The notes beneath the pieces were generated by a model. It ran no database searches. It was not told the origin of the DNA and was given only the letters and a program-made list of their open reading frames with translations. From positions 11,803 to 43,802 of the forward strand of contig JAEOSH010000015.1 in the NCBI GenBank assembly GCA_016840465.1: a stretch of DNA of 32,000 nucleotides. The letters are read 5' to 3'. Position 1 is the first letter of the stretch; each line of letters begins with the position of its first letter. Positions 10,194 through 18,450 of the stretch are shown here, piece after piece. Source of the stretch: Candidatus Baldrarchaeum yapensis. Lineage in GTDB: Archaea; Asgardarchaeota; Baldrarchaeia; Baldrarchaeales; Baldrarchaeaceae. The position numbers and the translations under genes were made by a program.

Positions 10194-10676
10194 TTATTCC
10201 TCTATTGGTTCAAAGTACTCTATGTTTAGTATGCTTCCCGTCCTCTGCTCTCTCCCCACTTCGCCTTTACCCTAGCGCCCACCTTTATCTTCTCAAGTGC
10301 CTTCTTCGGATCTGATAGGTCAACTCCTCCAACGAAATGTGGTATTCCCTCATCCGCGTCATCGAGTTTTATCCAAGCCACACAGTACGGAGGATCGGGA
10401 AGCCTCGTGAACTCCAGTAGCAAATAGTAAATGTAACGATGGTGTCCGTGTCCTTGACCTCTACCCACTCCTCCATTGGAACTAGGCATCTGTCACAGAA
10501 CAACCGTGGAGGCACTATTACTCTCTTACACTTAGGGCAACGCAATCCTAGAATCTTCTTCTGCTTCATGCCCTCGTAAAAATTTGTTCTAATTTGATCC
10601 GCAGAGTGTCTGTATGGAATCTCTACTTTGCGGGGACAACCACAAACTCCTCCTTCTTCCCTCCTATTAAACTCAC
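10194..10676 (-). pseudogene. DUF35 Zn-ribbon/OB-fold protein with three frameshifts
   Basis: Reconstructs across frames as VSLIGGKKEEFVVVP/KVEIPY...RCPKCKRVIVPPRLFCDRC...TICY/LEFTRLPDPPY...KVGARVKAKW/EQRTGSILNIEYFEPIEE*. GTG start follows AAGAG. Confidence 0.85.
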
Positions 10677-10688
10677 CTCTTAACGTAA

Positions 10689-10735
10689 GGCAGAAACGTA
10701 TAGTGTTGCATTCGTTGCTTTTATGCACTTTTCCA
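10689..10735 (+). repeat. Truncated left-end remnant of the element at 12391/20357
   Basis: GGCAGAAACGTATAG is identical to 12389-12403. The following GTGTTGCATT matches copy 2. Confidence 0.5.
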
Positions 10736-11265
10736 TGAGCCAAGTACGATGCGAGATTATCTACTCAATTTCCAAAATTGACTCACATCCAGCCGATATT
10801 TCTAAAACATGGATTATTGAAAATAGATGGTGTCTTTACCTTGAGGTACATGGCCACGAATATTCCCTATGCTACCAGTAAACCAGAAATCTTCATACGC
10901 AACCCTTTCAGGAATAATAGAGAGGATTTGCGAGAGAGTTCTCGAAAACTTTGGATGAATTTCCCAAGACGACCCATATTGCAAGTTCTTAAGAAGACTA
11001 TTTAAGTGACATCCTATTAGTTCTCTTTTTTTAATCGGTTCGAAAAAACATTTAATGTTCGATTTTTCTTTAAGAATTGACAGGAAAATGTGCGTAATAA
11101 GAATCATATAGTCATCGGAACGAGCCGCTAATTCGATAACAGTCCTTACGACATTTATAAAAAATCTTGCTTGGCTCCTCAGATAACATTTATTTTTTGC
11201 AAGAGTGTGCATATTATTGGGGGCGTGATAAGGAATACTATACATTGTTCGTGGAGGACTATAGC

Positions 11266-11862
11266 ATGAGCAATAAAAGCGCGATAGGAGAACAGGCGCA
11301 AGAGCGAGGCTTCCCAGTGGGCAAACTTAAGGAATGGATAGAGAAAGGCCACCTTAGATACGACGAGAACGGGAGGCTAATTCTCGGAGTCCCAGTTGTG
11401 ATAATTCCACGTGAGGATCTTGCGGAAATTCAAAAAGCGGCGGAAGAAATCCTAGGAGAAAATGGGGCCGCCGTGATAATGTACAGGGCTGGCTTTAAGC
11501 ATGGTTACCGACATGCCGGAATTTACAAAAATAATTTTGGACTAGAGCAATTTGATATATTAGATAAACATCTCTCGGTGACCGCAGCGACAGGATGGTG
11601 GGGAAAGCACGAAATCGTGGAAAAGTCCCTAGATCCCCTGAAGGTCGTTATTCGCTTCTATAACAGTATCGCAGAGGAATGGAAAGGTACCGACAGAAGT
11701 GTATGTCACATATGGCGCGGAGTCATCGCAGGGATTCTGACATTTATTGCCGAGAGCATGGGGAAACAGGTGAAAATCCGGTGTTACGAATCAAAATGTG
11801 TGGCAAAAGGCGACCCCTACTGTGAAATAGTTGCAGAGGAGTTGTTTGAGGTTAAAAAATGA
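11266..11862 (+). CDS. V4R (4-vinyl reductase) domain protein
   Basis: MYRAGFKHG, TGWWG, VCHIWRGVIAGIL, ESKCVAKGDPYCEI. ATG 11266 follows GGAGGA; the longer ORF-track start is unlikely. Confidence 0.88.
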   Translation: MSNKSAIGEQAQERGFPVGKLKEWIEKGHLRYDENGRLILGVPVVIIPREDLAEIQKAAEEILGENGAAVIMYRAGFKHGYRHAGIYKNNFGLEQFDILDKHLSVTAATGWWGKHEIVEKSLDPLKVVIRFYNSIAEEWKGTDRSVCHIWRGVIAGILTFIAESMGKQVKIRCYESKCVAKGDPYCEIVAEELFEVKK

Positions 11863-11932
11863 TCACACGGCTCAAAGTATCATTTTCATGTTTTTATAGA
11901 ACTGGAAAATAAACGTTGAGCAAGAAAGTACG

Positions 11933-12329
11933 TCATATGCGAAATCTTACGGAGGTCAATGCGCCCAGAACAAATAACTCCATAAGGGCTTGGAGCAGCC
12001 CGGGAAGCCTCTCAATCGCAACTTCCCCAACGGCCTGAGCATGTGCGATGTCTCATTCTCCCTGAAGAATCTCTTTCCACAGTTTTGCGGTGGTCTTTAT
12101 TGTATAGTTTGGCTTCTCAGCCTCCCCTTCGTAGAACTCCGCCTTTCCGTCCTTCAGATCTATATAGAATGGATCCTCTCCCTCAAGCTTTAGTTGTATT
12201 ACTCTGTTTATTGATACTGTTTTTCTGAAGATCCTCATGAGCATCTTGAGTTCTCCCCTCAGAATCCTTTCTGCAGTCTCTATCCTATTCCACTTTCACA
12301 TTTTTTGTGAGTTCATTCACCTCGCCCAT
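11933..12329 (-). pseudogene. SCP2 sterol/lipid-carrier domain remnant
   Basis: INRVIQLKLEGEDPFYIDLKDGKAEFYEGEAEKPNYTIKTTAKLWKEILQGE, then in-frame TGA (12053-12055), then DIAHAQAVGEVAIE. The 5' part is disrupted. Confidence 0.7.
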
Positions 12330-12344
12330 CCTTATCACCACCAT

Positions 12345-12783
12345 CACTTGACCTTCCTTAAATTTTAGCATTTCACGCATGTCATCTGGGCAGAAACGTA
12401 TAGAACTTTTGCGGCTCAGAACCTTTATAAAGGAAGGCCACGTTACGCCAAGTGAGCTCCGCCCGGGATGTGGGAAGGGCGGGGTGAAGGAGTCAGATGG
12501 ATGTGCGGAGTCATCGTTCCCCGCGAAAAGCCCATCGATGAGGCTCGAGGCGGGAAGGCTCTTTGTCATGCGTGCATCAAAAGTTATGAAAGTGGCAGAG
12601 AGTCAGAACGGTTGCAATCTCCCTATCAAACTCCTTTGCAGTCCTAACGACCTTTTCTACGAGTTCAGCGTTGCTCCTTACCAGAACTCCCTTCTTGAGG
12701 AAAACGTTATCCTTAAGTCTGACCTTCACGTGTCTTCCCATGACGATCGAAAGCGTCGCCATCGGGAACTTATACGCACCAAT
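12345..12783 (-). pseudogene. kce: 3' fragment of beta-keto acid cleavage enzyme (DUF849/kce family), interrupted by the 220-bp element
   Basis: IGAYKFPMATLSIVMGRHVKVRLKDNVFLKKGVLVRSNAELVEKVVRTAKEFDREIAT|PDDMREMLK; degenerate form of GGHVRVGLEDN. Confidence 0.8.
12391..12610 (+). mobile_element. Non-autonomous structured element, copy 1 (IS200/IS605 tnpB/omegaRNA-like derivative)
   Basis: Removing it restores ATT GCA ACC CCA GAT (IATPD) in kce with no target duplication. Homologous to 20081-20357. Starts CAGAAAC, ends GAGAGTCAGAACG. Family assignment is inference. Confidence 0.75.
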
Positions 12784-13020
12784 GTTGCTATAGTAAACTA
12801 CTCCTATGAAGGACAACCGATGAAACCACCGTATGTACTGGGAATGGTGAGGCTTGACGGGGCGGATAATGACTTTAGGCACTTCATAGGTGAGGTCGAT
12901 CTGAGCGACCTAGAGAAGGCCGCAAAGTAACTTGGAGAGTAAGCTTGGCGCGAAAGTTGAGGTTGTTTAGAACGAAGAAAGGAAAGGGATTTCACTGATA
13001 TTAGGTACATCATAAGGATT
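12781..13020 (+). pseudogene. 3' fragment of a second DUF35 OB-fold gene
   Basis: AIVNYSYEGQPMKPPYVLGMVRLDGADNDFRHFIGEVD, then broken frames giving KLGAKVEVV*NEERKG / TDIRY. Confidence 0.7.
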
Positions 13021-13097
13021 AATCGAGTGAGAAAAATACTATTAATGCAACAATGGTCGAACTTCTCTCAACACCATTTTTATACGGAGGTGCGAGC

Positions 13098-14210
13098 ATG
13101 CCGGAGAAGACAATATGGACCCCCCTATGTGATCTCCTAGGAATAAAGTATCCAATAATACAATCGCCAATGGGACCTTTTGTCACAACAAACTTGTGCG
13201 CAGCTGTCTCGAACGCTGGTGGCTTGGGAACCATCAGCCACTCCGGTGTCGGTAAAATTCTGATGATGTGTGCTCCCGAACTCTATGAGGCTGCAAAGAA
13301 GAGCATGTTAATGCCTGATCTTGACGCCGAGAGCGAAATAATGAATAGAGATCCAATAACGGAGCTCCGAAAAGTGACTAAGATGACGGACAGACCAATA
13401 GGAATTAATGTCAGAGTTTCAAGTAGAGAGGTAGATGCCCCTTACCTTATAGATATGATTCTCGACGAGTATGAGAACAATCCGAATGTTAGGAGAATCC
13501 TGAAGGTTGTCATAACGTCCGCGGGGAATCCCAAGAGATTTACGAAGAAGTTGAAGGATGCAGGACTTATAGTCTTCCATGTGGTCCCCTCAACATACCA
13601 CGCGAGAAAAGCCTTAGAGGCAGGTGTCGATGGTGTAATTGCGTCGGGGCATGAAGCAGGTGGTCACGTATCGTATGATCCGGTTCACACGAGTGTTTTG
13701 TTACCAGCAGTGGTCGATATTGTTAAGAAGGAAAACCCGGAGATGCCAGTGGTCTCCGCGGGTGGATGGTGTGATGGGAGGGGGCTTGCAGCTGCGTTAA
13801 TGTTGGGTGCGGATGGAATTGCAATGGGAACGAGATTCATAGCGACGAAGGAGAGTGACTTCGCACAAGGTTATAAGGAGAAAATACTTGAGGCCTCCGA
13901 CAGAGACACCGTGGTCGTTCCTGGGATTTTAGGTCCGATCAGAGGAATAAAAAACAAGTTCGTGATGACGTTGCTAAAGATGCTGGAGGAGGGAATGAAG
14001 GAGGACAATCCGGAGTTCCTGAGGTTCAAAAACGATCCTAAGAAGTGGGAGGCTTCATATGTGCATGGAGACAAGGAAAACGGCCCAGTGTGGGCAGGAG
14101 AAGTATCTGGTAGGATAAAGGATCTTCCATCCGTGAAGGAGTTAATAGAGAGGATAATAAGGGAGGCAGTTGAGGTTCTGGAGAGCATTCCATCGAAAGT
14201 TATTCGCTAA
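13098..14210 (+). CDS. Nitronate monooxygenase / FabK-like FMN-dependent oxidoreductase
   Basis: LLGIKYPIIQSPMG, VSNAGGLGTI, GHEAGGH, SAGGWCDGRGLAAALMLGADGIAMGTRF, WAGEVSG. RBS GGAGGTG precedes ATG 13098. Confidence 0.9.
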   Translation: MPEKTIWTPLCDLLGIKYPIIQSPMGPFVTTNLCAAVSNAGGLGTISHSGVGKILMMCAPELYEAAKKSMLMPDLDAESEIMNRDPITELRKVTKMTDRPIGINVRVSSREVDAPYLIDMILDEYENNPNVRRILKVVITSAGNPKRFTKKLKDAGLIVFHVVPSTYHARKALEAGVDGVIASGHEAGGHVSYDPVHTSVLLPAVVDIVKKENPEMPVVSAGGWCDGRGLAAALMLGADGIAMGTRFIATKESDFAQGYKEKILEASDRDTVVVPGILGPIRGIKNKFVMTLLKMLEEGMKEDNPEFLRFKNDPKKWEASYVHGDKENGPVWAGEVSGRIKDLPSVKELIERIIREAVEVLESIPSKVIR

Positions 14211-14231
14211 ATTATTTTTTCCAATTTTTAT
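14211..14231 (+). terminator. Archaeal oligo-T terminator-like tract
   Basis: ATTATTTTTTCCAATTTTTAT directly after the stop codon. Confidence 0.4.
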
Positions 14232-14527
14232 TTGCGCTCTTCGATTTCCTTTAAGCGTGATAGGTTGGGTGAAAACGGCGAAGTCAAGTATTATATTTCG
14301 CTAATTAAATTAATTTGTTGTTGAATATTATATTTACAGAACTTTTGAACTCTCATGTTTATTTTGTTGTCATATGGTGACGAGACAGGTATCTGAAATA
14401 TGCATTTTTGTTTTAAGACCTCAAATTTATAGCCTCTTCCCGCTCTTAGAGCATAATAATAAAATACGCAATATCCGGTCGTAAGGATGAACTCTCGTCT
14501 TAAAAAGAGGCGTTGGAGGATCAAGGT

Positions 14528-15544
14528 ATGGTCGAGGTGCTTTATGAGGGAGAAGGAGAGCTTTTGGGCTGGGAAGATCCAGACGAAATGAGAAAATGGA
14601 TCAGAGAGAATAAGCCGAGGGAGATGGTTGACAAGACGATGGACCTGAAGGAGGCGATTTCGAAGTTCGTGAGAGACGGGTGCTACATAGCGTTTGGCGG
14701 ATTCGGACACATTAGGGTGTCCATGGCAGCCATTTACGAGATAATAAGGCAAAAGAAGCGGAACCTGATAATGGCGGGGAAGACCGCTGTCCATGATGTC
14801 GACATACTGGTGGCAGCTGGATGTGTGAGCAAGGTCGAGGTTGCATATTGTTTCGGGCATGAACTGAGAGGTTTGAGTCCCGCAAGTAGGAGAAAGGTAG
14901 AACATGGTGAGGTCAAGGTTGCAACCGAGTGGAGCAACGCCGGCTTCCAATGGAGGTTCCTAGCGGCGGCGATGGGACTTCCGTTCATACCCACTCGTGT
15001 GATGCTCGGAACCGATACTTTAAGGAAAAGTTCTGCCAAGGTGATAAGAGATCCGTTCAGCGGAAAGCCAATTGCGCTATTGCCGGCGTGTTATCCAGAT
15101 GTTGTGATAATGCACGTCCATAGGTGTGACATTTACGGAAACGCACAGATAGATGGAATCCTTGTGGAAGACTTTGAACTTGCGAGGGCTGCGAGAAGGC
15201 TTATCATCACCACTGAGGAGATCGTAGACCACGAGCTTATAAGGAGAGAACCATGGAAAACTGTGATTCCGTACTTCTTAGTAGATGCTGTTGTCGAGGT
15301 TCCGTGGGGATCACACCCATGTAACATGCCGTACCTGTACTATTTCGATGAGGAGCACATTGCCGAGTGGTTGCGGATGTCGAGGACCGATGAGGGGGTC
15401 GAGCAGTACCTTGAGAAGTACGTTTACAGTGTGGACTCATTTGAGGAGTACCTTGAGAAGATAGGCGGAATTAAGAAGTTGAATTATCTTAAGAAGTTGG
15501 AGCATCTTAGGGCACCATTAGTTGCGCCGTGGGCCCAAGGGTGA
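14528..15544 (+). CDS. Family I CoA-transferase subunit A (glutaconate CoA-transferase-like)
   Basis: AISKFVRDG, AFGGF, AAAMGLPFIP, PDVVIMHVHRCDIYGNAQI, VDAVVEVPWGSHP. Confidence 0.9.
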   Translation: MVEVLYEGEGELLGWEDPDEMRKWIRENKPREMVDKTMDLKEAISKFVRDGCYIAFGGFGHIRVSMAAIYEIIRQKKRNLIMAGKTAVHDVDILVAAGCVSKVEVAYCFGHELRGLSPASRRKVEHGEVKVATEWSNAGFQWRFLAAAMGLPFIPTRVMLGTDTLRKSSAKVIRDPFSGKPIALLPACYPDVVIMHVHRCDIYGNAQIDGILVEDFELARAARRLIITTEEIVDHELIRREPWKTVIPYFLVDAVVEVPWGSHPCNMPYLYYFDEEHIAEWLRMSRTDEGVEQYLEKYVYSVDSFEEYLEKIGGIKKLNYLKKLEHLRAPLVAPWAQG

Positions 15545-15557
15545 GGAGGTAAGTGAG

Positions 15558-16334
15558 ATGGGTGAGAGGAAGTATACAACTCTTGAGTTGATGGCGTGTG
15601 TTGCTGCAAGATTATTAGAGGACAAGAAGGCAGTATTTGTAGGGACAGGACTTCCAATGATTGCAGCGTCCCTTGCACAGAGAATGCATGCACCAAATCT
15701 TCTGATAATTTTTGAGGCTGGCGGCATAGGGCCGCAGATACCAGTACTGCCAATATCCGTTGGTGATTCTAGAACGTTCTACAGGGCAATTGCAGCGTCA
15801 AGTATGCATGATGTGATGTCACTCTCACAAAAAGGGTATGTCGACTACGGGTTCCTCGGTGCTGCCCAGATAGACATGTACGGGAATATAAACACCACCG
15901 TGATCGGAGATTGGGAAAGACCCAAAGTCAGGCTTCCAGGTAGTGGTGGTGCAAACGATGTCGGGTCCCTCTGCCATAGGACTATCATAATAATGAGGCA
16001 AGATCCCAGAAGGTTCGTGCCCAAGGTGGACTTCATAACCACCCCTGGGTACTTAGATGGACCAGGTGCTAGGGAAAAAGCAGGACTTCCGGCAGGGTCA
16101 GGACCTTACAGGGTAATAACACAGTTGGGCGTTTACGGCTTCGATGAGAAAACAAAGAGAATGAAATTGCTGTCGGTGCATCCGGGTGTTACGATAGAGG
16201 ACATTAAGAAAAACTCAAGCTTCGAAATTATAATTCCGGACGAGGTCGATACCACAGAGCCACCGACTGAAGAGGAGCTTAAGATACTACATGAAATTGA
16301 TCCAGTGGGCATGGTTCTCGGAAGAAAGAAATGA
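15558..16334 (+). CDS. Family I CoA-transferase subunit B
   Basis: FVGTGLP, IFEAG (catalytic Glu), FLGAAQIDMYGNINTT, LPGSGGAND, VDFITTPG. Confidence 0.9.
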   Translation: MGERKYTTLELMACVAARLLEDKKAVFVGTGLPMIAASLAQRMHAPNLLIIFEAGGIGPQIPVLPISVGDSRTFYRAIAASSMHDVMSLSQKGYVDYGFLGAAQIDMYGNINTTVIGDWERPKVRLPGSGGANDVGSLCHRTIIIMRQDPRRFVPKVDFITTPGYLDGPGAREKAGLPAGSGPYRVITQLGVYGFDEKTKRMKLLSVHPGVTIEDIKKNSSFEIIIPDEVDTTEPPTEEELKILHEIDPVGMVLGRKK

Positions 16335-16379
16335 ATCACGAAATTCCTCATCACTCTTTTTGCCTGGAATCGAAATCGC

Positions 16380-16540
16380 TTAATATTTTTTTATTTTTAA
16401 GTCTGGCACTCTGAAGAAGTGCCGAATATTTCGGGTAACGAGGCGGAGATCGTGCACGAGTGCTGTTGCCGCGATGAAGAGGATGTCCTTCAGATCTATA
16501 TGCTATATGCTATTAGGAAATCGGTATCGAAGAGGTACAT
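16380..16540 (-). pseudogene. vapC: PIN-domain VapC toxin with large internal deletion
   Basis: MYLFDTDFLIAY is joined out of frame to DILFIAATALVHDLRLVTRNIRHFFRVPDLKI; the central part of the PIN domain is missing. Confidence 0.8.
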
Positions 16541-16575
16541 TAATCAGTCATCCATTTCTCGAGAATCTCCGATTT

Positions 16576-16796
16576 TCACCTTTTATAAAGCTTTGTTCTC
16601 ATCTCTCTCGTCCTTTTTAGAAATTTCTCAATTTTTCTGCTTCTTCACGACTTAGAATATTCATCTTGGCAATATCCGCGATCTTCGGACGTGATTTTAT
16701 CAACCTTCTTATTACATCACTAAAGCTCTCGCTCGGTAGTTTTGGTCTTCTTAGCATGTTATAGACATCATCGGCAATTGTAATAGCGCATGCCAT
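16576..16796 (-). pseudogene. VapB-like (DUF217-type) antitoxin, likely frameshifted in an A5 run
   Basis: AITIADDVYNMLRRPKLPSESFSDVIRRL. One extra A at 16632-16636 extends it as EKIEKFLKRTREMRTKLYKR*. As written it stops at 16617. Confidence 0.6.
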
Positions 16797-16899
16797 CTCT
16801 GACTTCCTCCGATTGGAACATTTCTGGCCTTTCATGTTATCATATTATGCATCTTCACGTTACTCTTGAGAAGTGATGAGTGGTGCAATTTTATTTTTG

Positions 16900-18450
16900 C
16901 TACTTGTACGGGGCAATCGAGCGGTTTGATGGACATAATGGACGGACTTCTACGTCCCCCCGGATCTTCTTGAACTGCTTTATGAACTCCTTGGAGTGTT
17001 GCGGTGTTATGAACAGATATATCTTCTGGAAAGATCTTATGATTCTGTGCACATCCTTATTTCGTGAGAATACCTCCATATCGTGGATCTTCCCGTCGCT
17101 TATCACGACAAGAATCTCCTTCTTCACTTCCTTATCCACAAGCCTAAATGCGGGGGTAAACATCGTTCCGCCATGGGTATATATGCCCTGTATTCTCTCC
17201 AGCGCGTAATAAAGGTTCTGCGTCGGTTTCACTATGTACCGGGAGTACTCTCCGAACCCTATTATGCTTATCTCACTGGGCTTTTCGTTCTTTATGAGGG
17301 AGGCAAGCATCCTGACAAGGTGGTATTCGTAGCCCGCCATACTTCCTGAAAGATCCAGCAGGACGGTTATCTTCCTCTTTCTCTTCTTTCTGCGGACGGT
17401 GTTGTATCCGGGAATCACCGGGTAGCGGGTGAAGGTCTTGGGGAGATCCAACTCAGATGGCGGGTCGCCACATCTCCAGATGGTGTACTCGTAATCGGGC
17501 ACGTCCCTCGACTCGTCGAGTTCCACGGTTGCGAGGATCTTCTCTATCTTGTATCTCGGTTGGAGAGGTTCTTCCTTGTCGATCACCTTCAGTGTTCCCA
17601 TTCCCACGCCTCCGCCCCTCTGGAGCAACGCCTTCAGTTTCTCCTTCTCATTACCGAGCATTCCCCGTTTCTTCAACTCCTCTAGGATCTTTCTGACGAT
17701 GTACGGTGCGGGGGTGAGACGGGATCTCAGGTTCTGCTCGAACTCCTTCCTCAACTTGTTGAAGAAGTCCTCGCCCAGTTCCTGCAGTGCCTGTTTCAGG
17801 TCGCTGAAGTTTCGGGAAAACATGTTGTAGAATCGCCAGTGCGTGTTGTACCAGAAGAGCCTGTAGAGTTCGGGGAGGTTTCCGAACATCATGAAGAGTT
17901 CGTCGAGTATGTAGGCGAGAAGTGCGGCCTTTATTTTCACGTTAACGTCCGCATTCAGCACTTCCTTTATTGCATTGTAGTAGGGGACAAACTTGTCGGG
18001 TATTCGGAACTTCTCGCCGTACAGGGAGTTATAGGTGATCTCATCGACGAGTTTCATGTAGTAGTTTCGCGAGCGCACTATGCACTCCTCGAAGCACTTC
18101 ACGTAGTGTTCAAAGATTCTGGGGGACTTTTCGCCCAGTATTTTCCTGCTCATGCTCTCGGCGAGCATCCCGTAGACTATATACCTCACCATGTAGTTCT
18201 TCTTCGAGAGTATTGGAAAGGCGGGCGTGAGATTCTTCTGGGCAATGAGATGCAGTATTCTGTTCCAGAACTCGTAAAACAGTGCGAACTTCGGAAGACG
18301 TTTTACAACAGCCCGCGTCATGTGTATTACGAGTGGGTTATCGCTCTTGTCTTCACTTTTCTCCGTAATAATTAGCCTGAATGGCTTTTTGTAGAGTTTC
18401 CTTGCGAGCATGGTCATGAAGTCCAGGTAGCTTTCATTACTTAGTTCCAA
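16900..18450 (-). CDS. VWA-domain protein, MoxR partner
   Basis: C-terminal VWA with complete MIDAS (LLDLSGSM, GGT, ISDG), Gly linker GGGVGMG, about 300 aa unknown helical N-terminus; overlaps ATPase stop by 14 nt. Confidence 0.85.
   Translation of the reverse strand: MELSNESYLDFMTMLARKLYKKPFRLIITEKSEDKSDNPLVIHMTRAVVKRLPKFALFYEFWNRILHLIAQKNLTPAFPILSKKNYMVRYIVYGMLAESMSRKILGEKSPRIFEHYVKCFEECIVRSRNYYMKLVDEITYNSLYGEKFRIPDKFVPYYNAIKEVLNADVNVKIKAALLAYILDELFMMFGNLPELYRLFWYNTHWRFYNMFSRNFSDLKQALQELGEDFFNKLRKEFEQNLRSRLTPAPYIVRKILEELKKRGMLGNEKEKLKALLQRGGGVGMGTLKVIDKEEPLQPRYKIEKILATVELDESRDVPDYEYTIWRCGDPPSELDLPKTFTRYPVIPGYNTVRRKKRKRKITVLLDLSGSMAGYEYHLVRMLASLIKNEKPSEISIIGFGEYSRYIVKPTQNLYYALERIQGIYTHGGTMFTPAFRLVDKEVKKEILVVISDGKIHDMEVFSRNKDVHRIIRSFQKIYLFITPQHSKEFIKQFKKIRGDVEVRPLCPSNRSIAPYK

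Noticed and set aside
10778-11245. ORFs 10814-11245 (-) and 10778-11005 (+)
   Set aside because: No motifs or RBS in AT-rich sequence; possibly decayed DNA, but it cannot be assigned.
12053-12055. In-frame TGA in SCP2 as selenocysteine or readthrough
   Set aside because: It is not at a Cys-type position, no SECIS-like hairpin was recognised, and the gene has other lesions.
12391-12610. Element as RNase P RNA, SRP RNA, group II intron or CRISPR repeat
   Set aside because: It lacks the GAGGAAAGUCC, SRP helix-8 and domain V signatures; it is dispersed rather than arrayed; and it interrupts a gene.
12379-12930. 183-aa plus-strand ORF in the ORF track
   Set aside because: It is a chimera of the non-coding element, antisense kce and the DUF35 fragment.
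14291-14950. 219-aa minus-strand ORF
   Set aside because: Antisense shadow of CoA-transferase A. The same applies to the long antisense ORFs at 26411-27109, 30714-31301 and 17839-18375.
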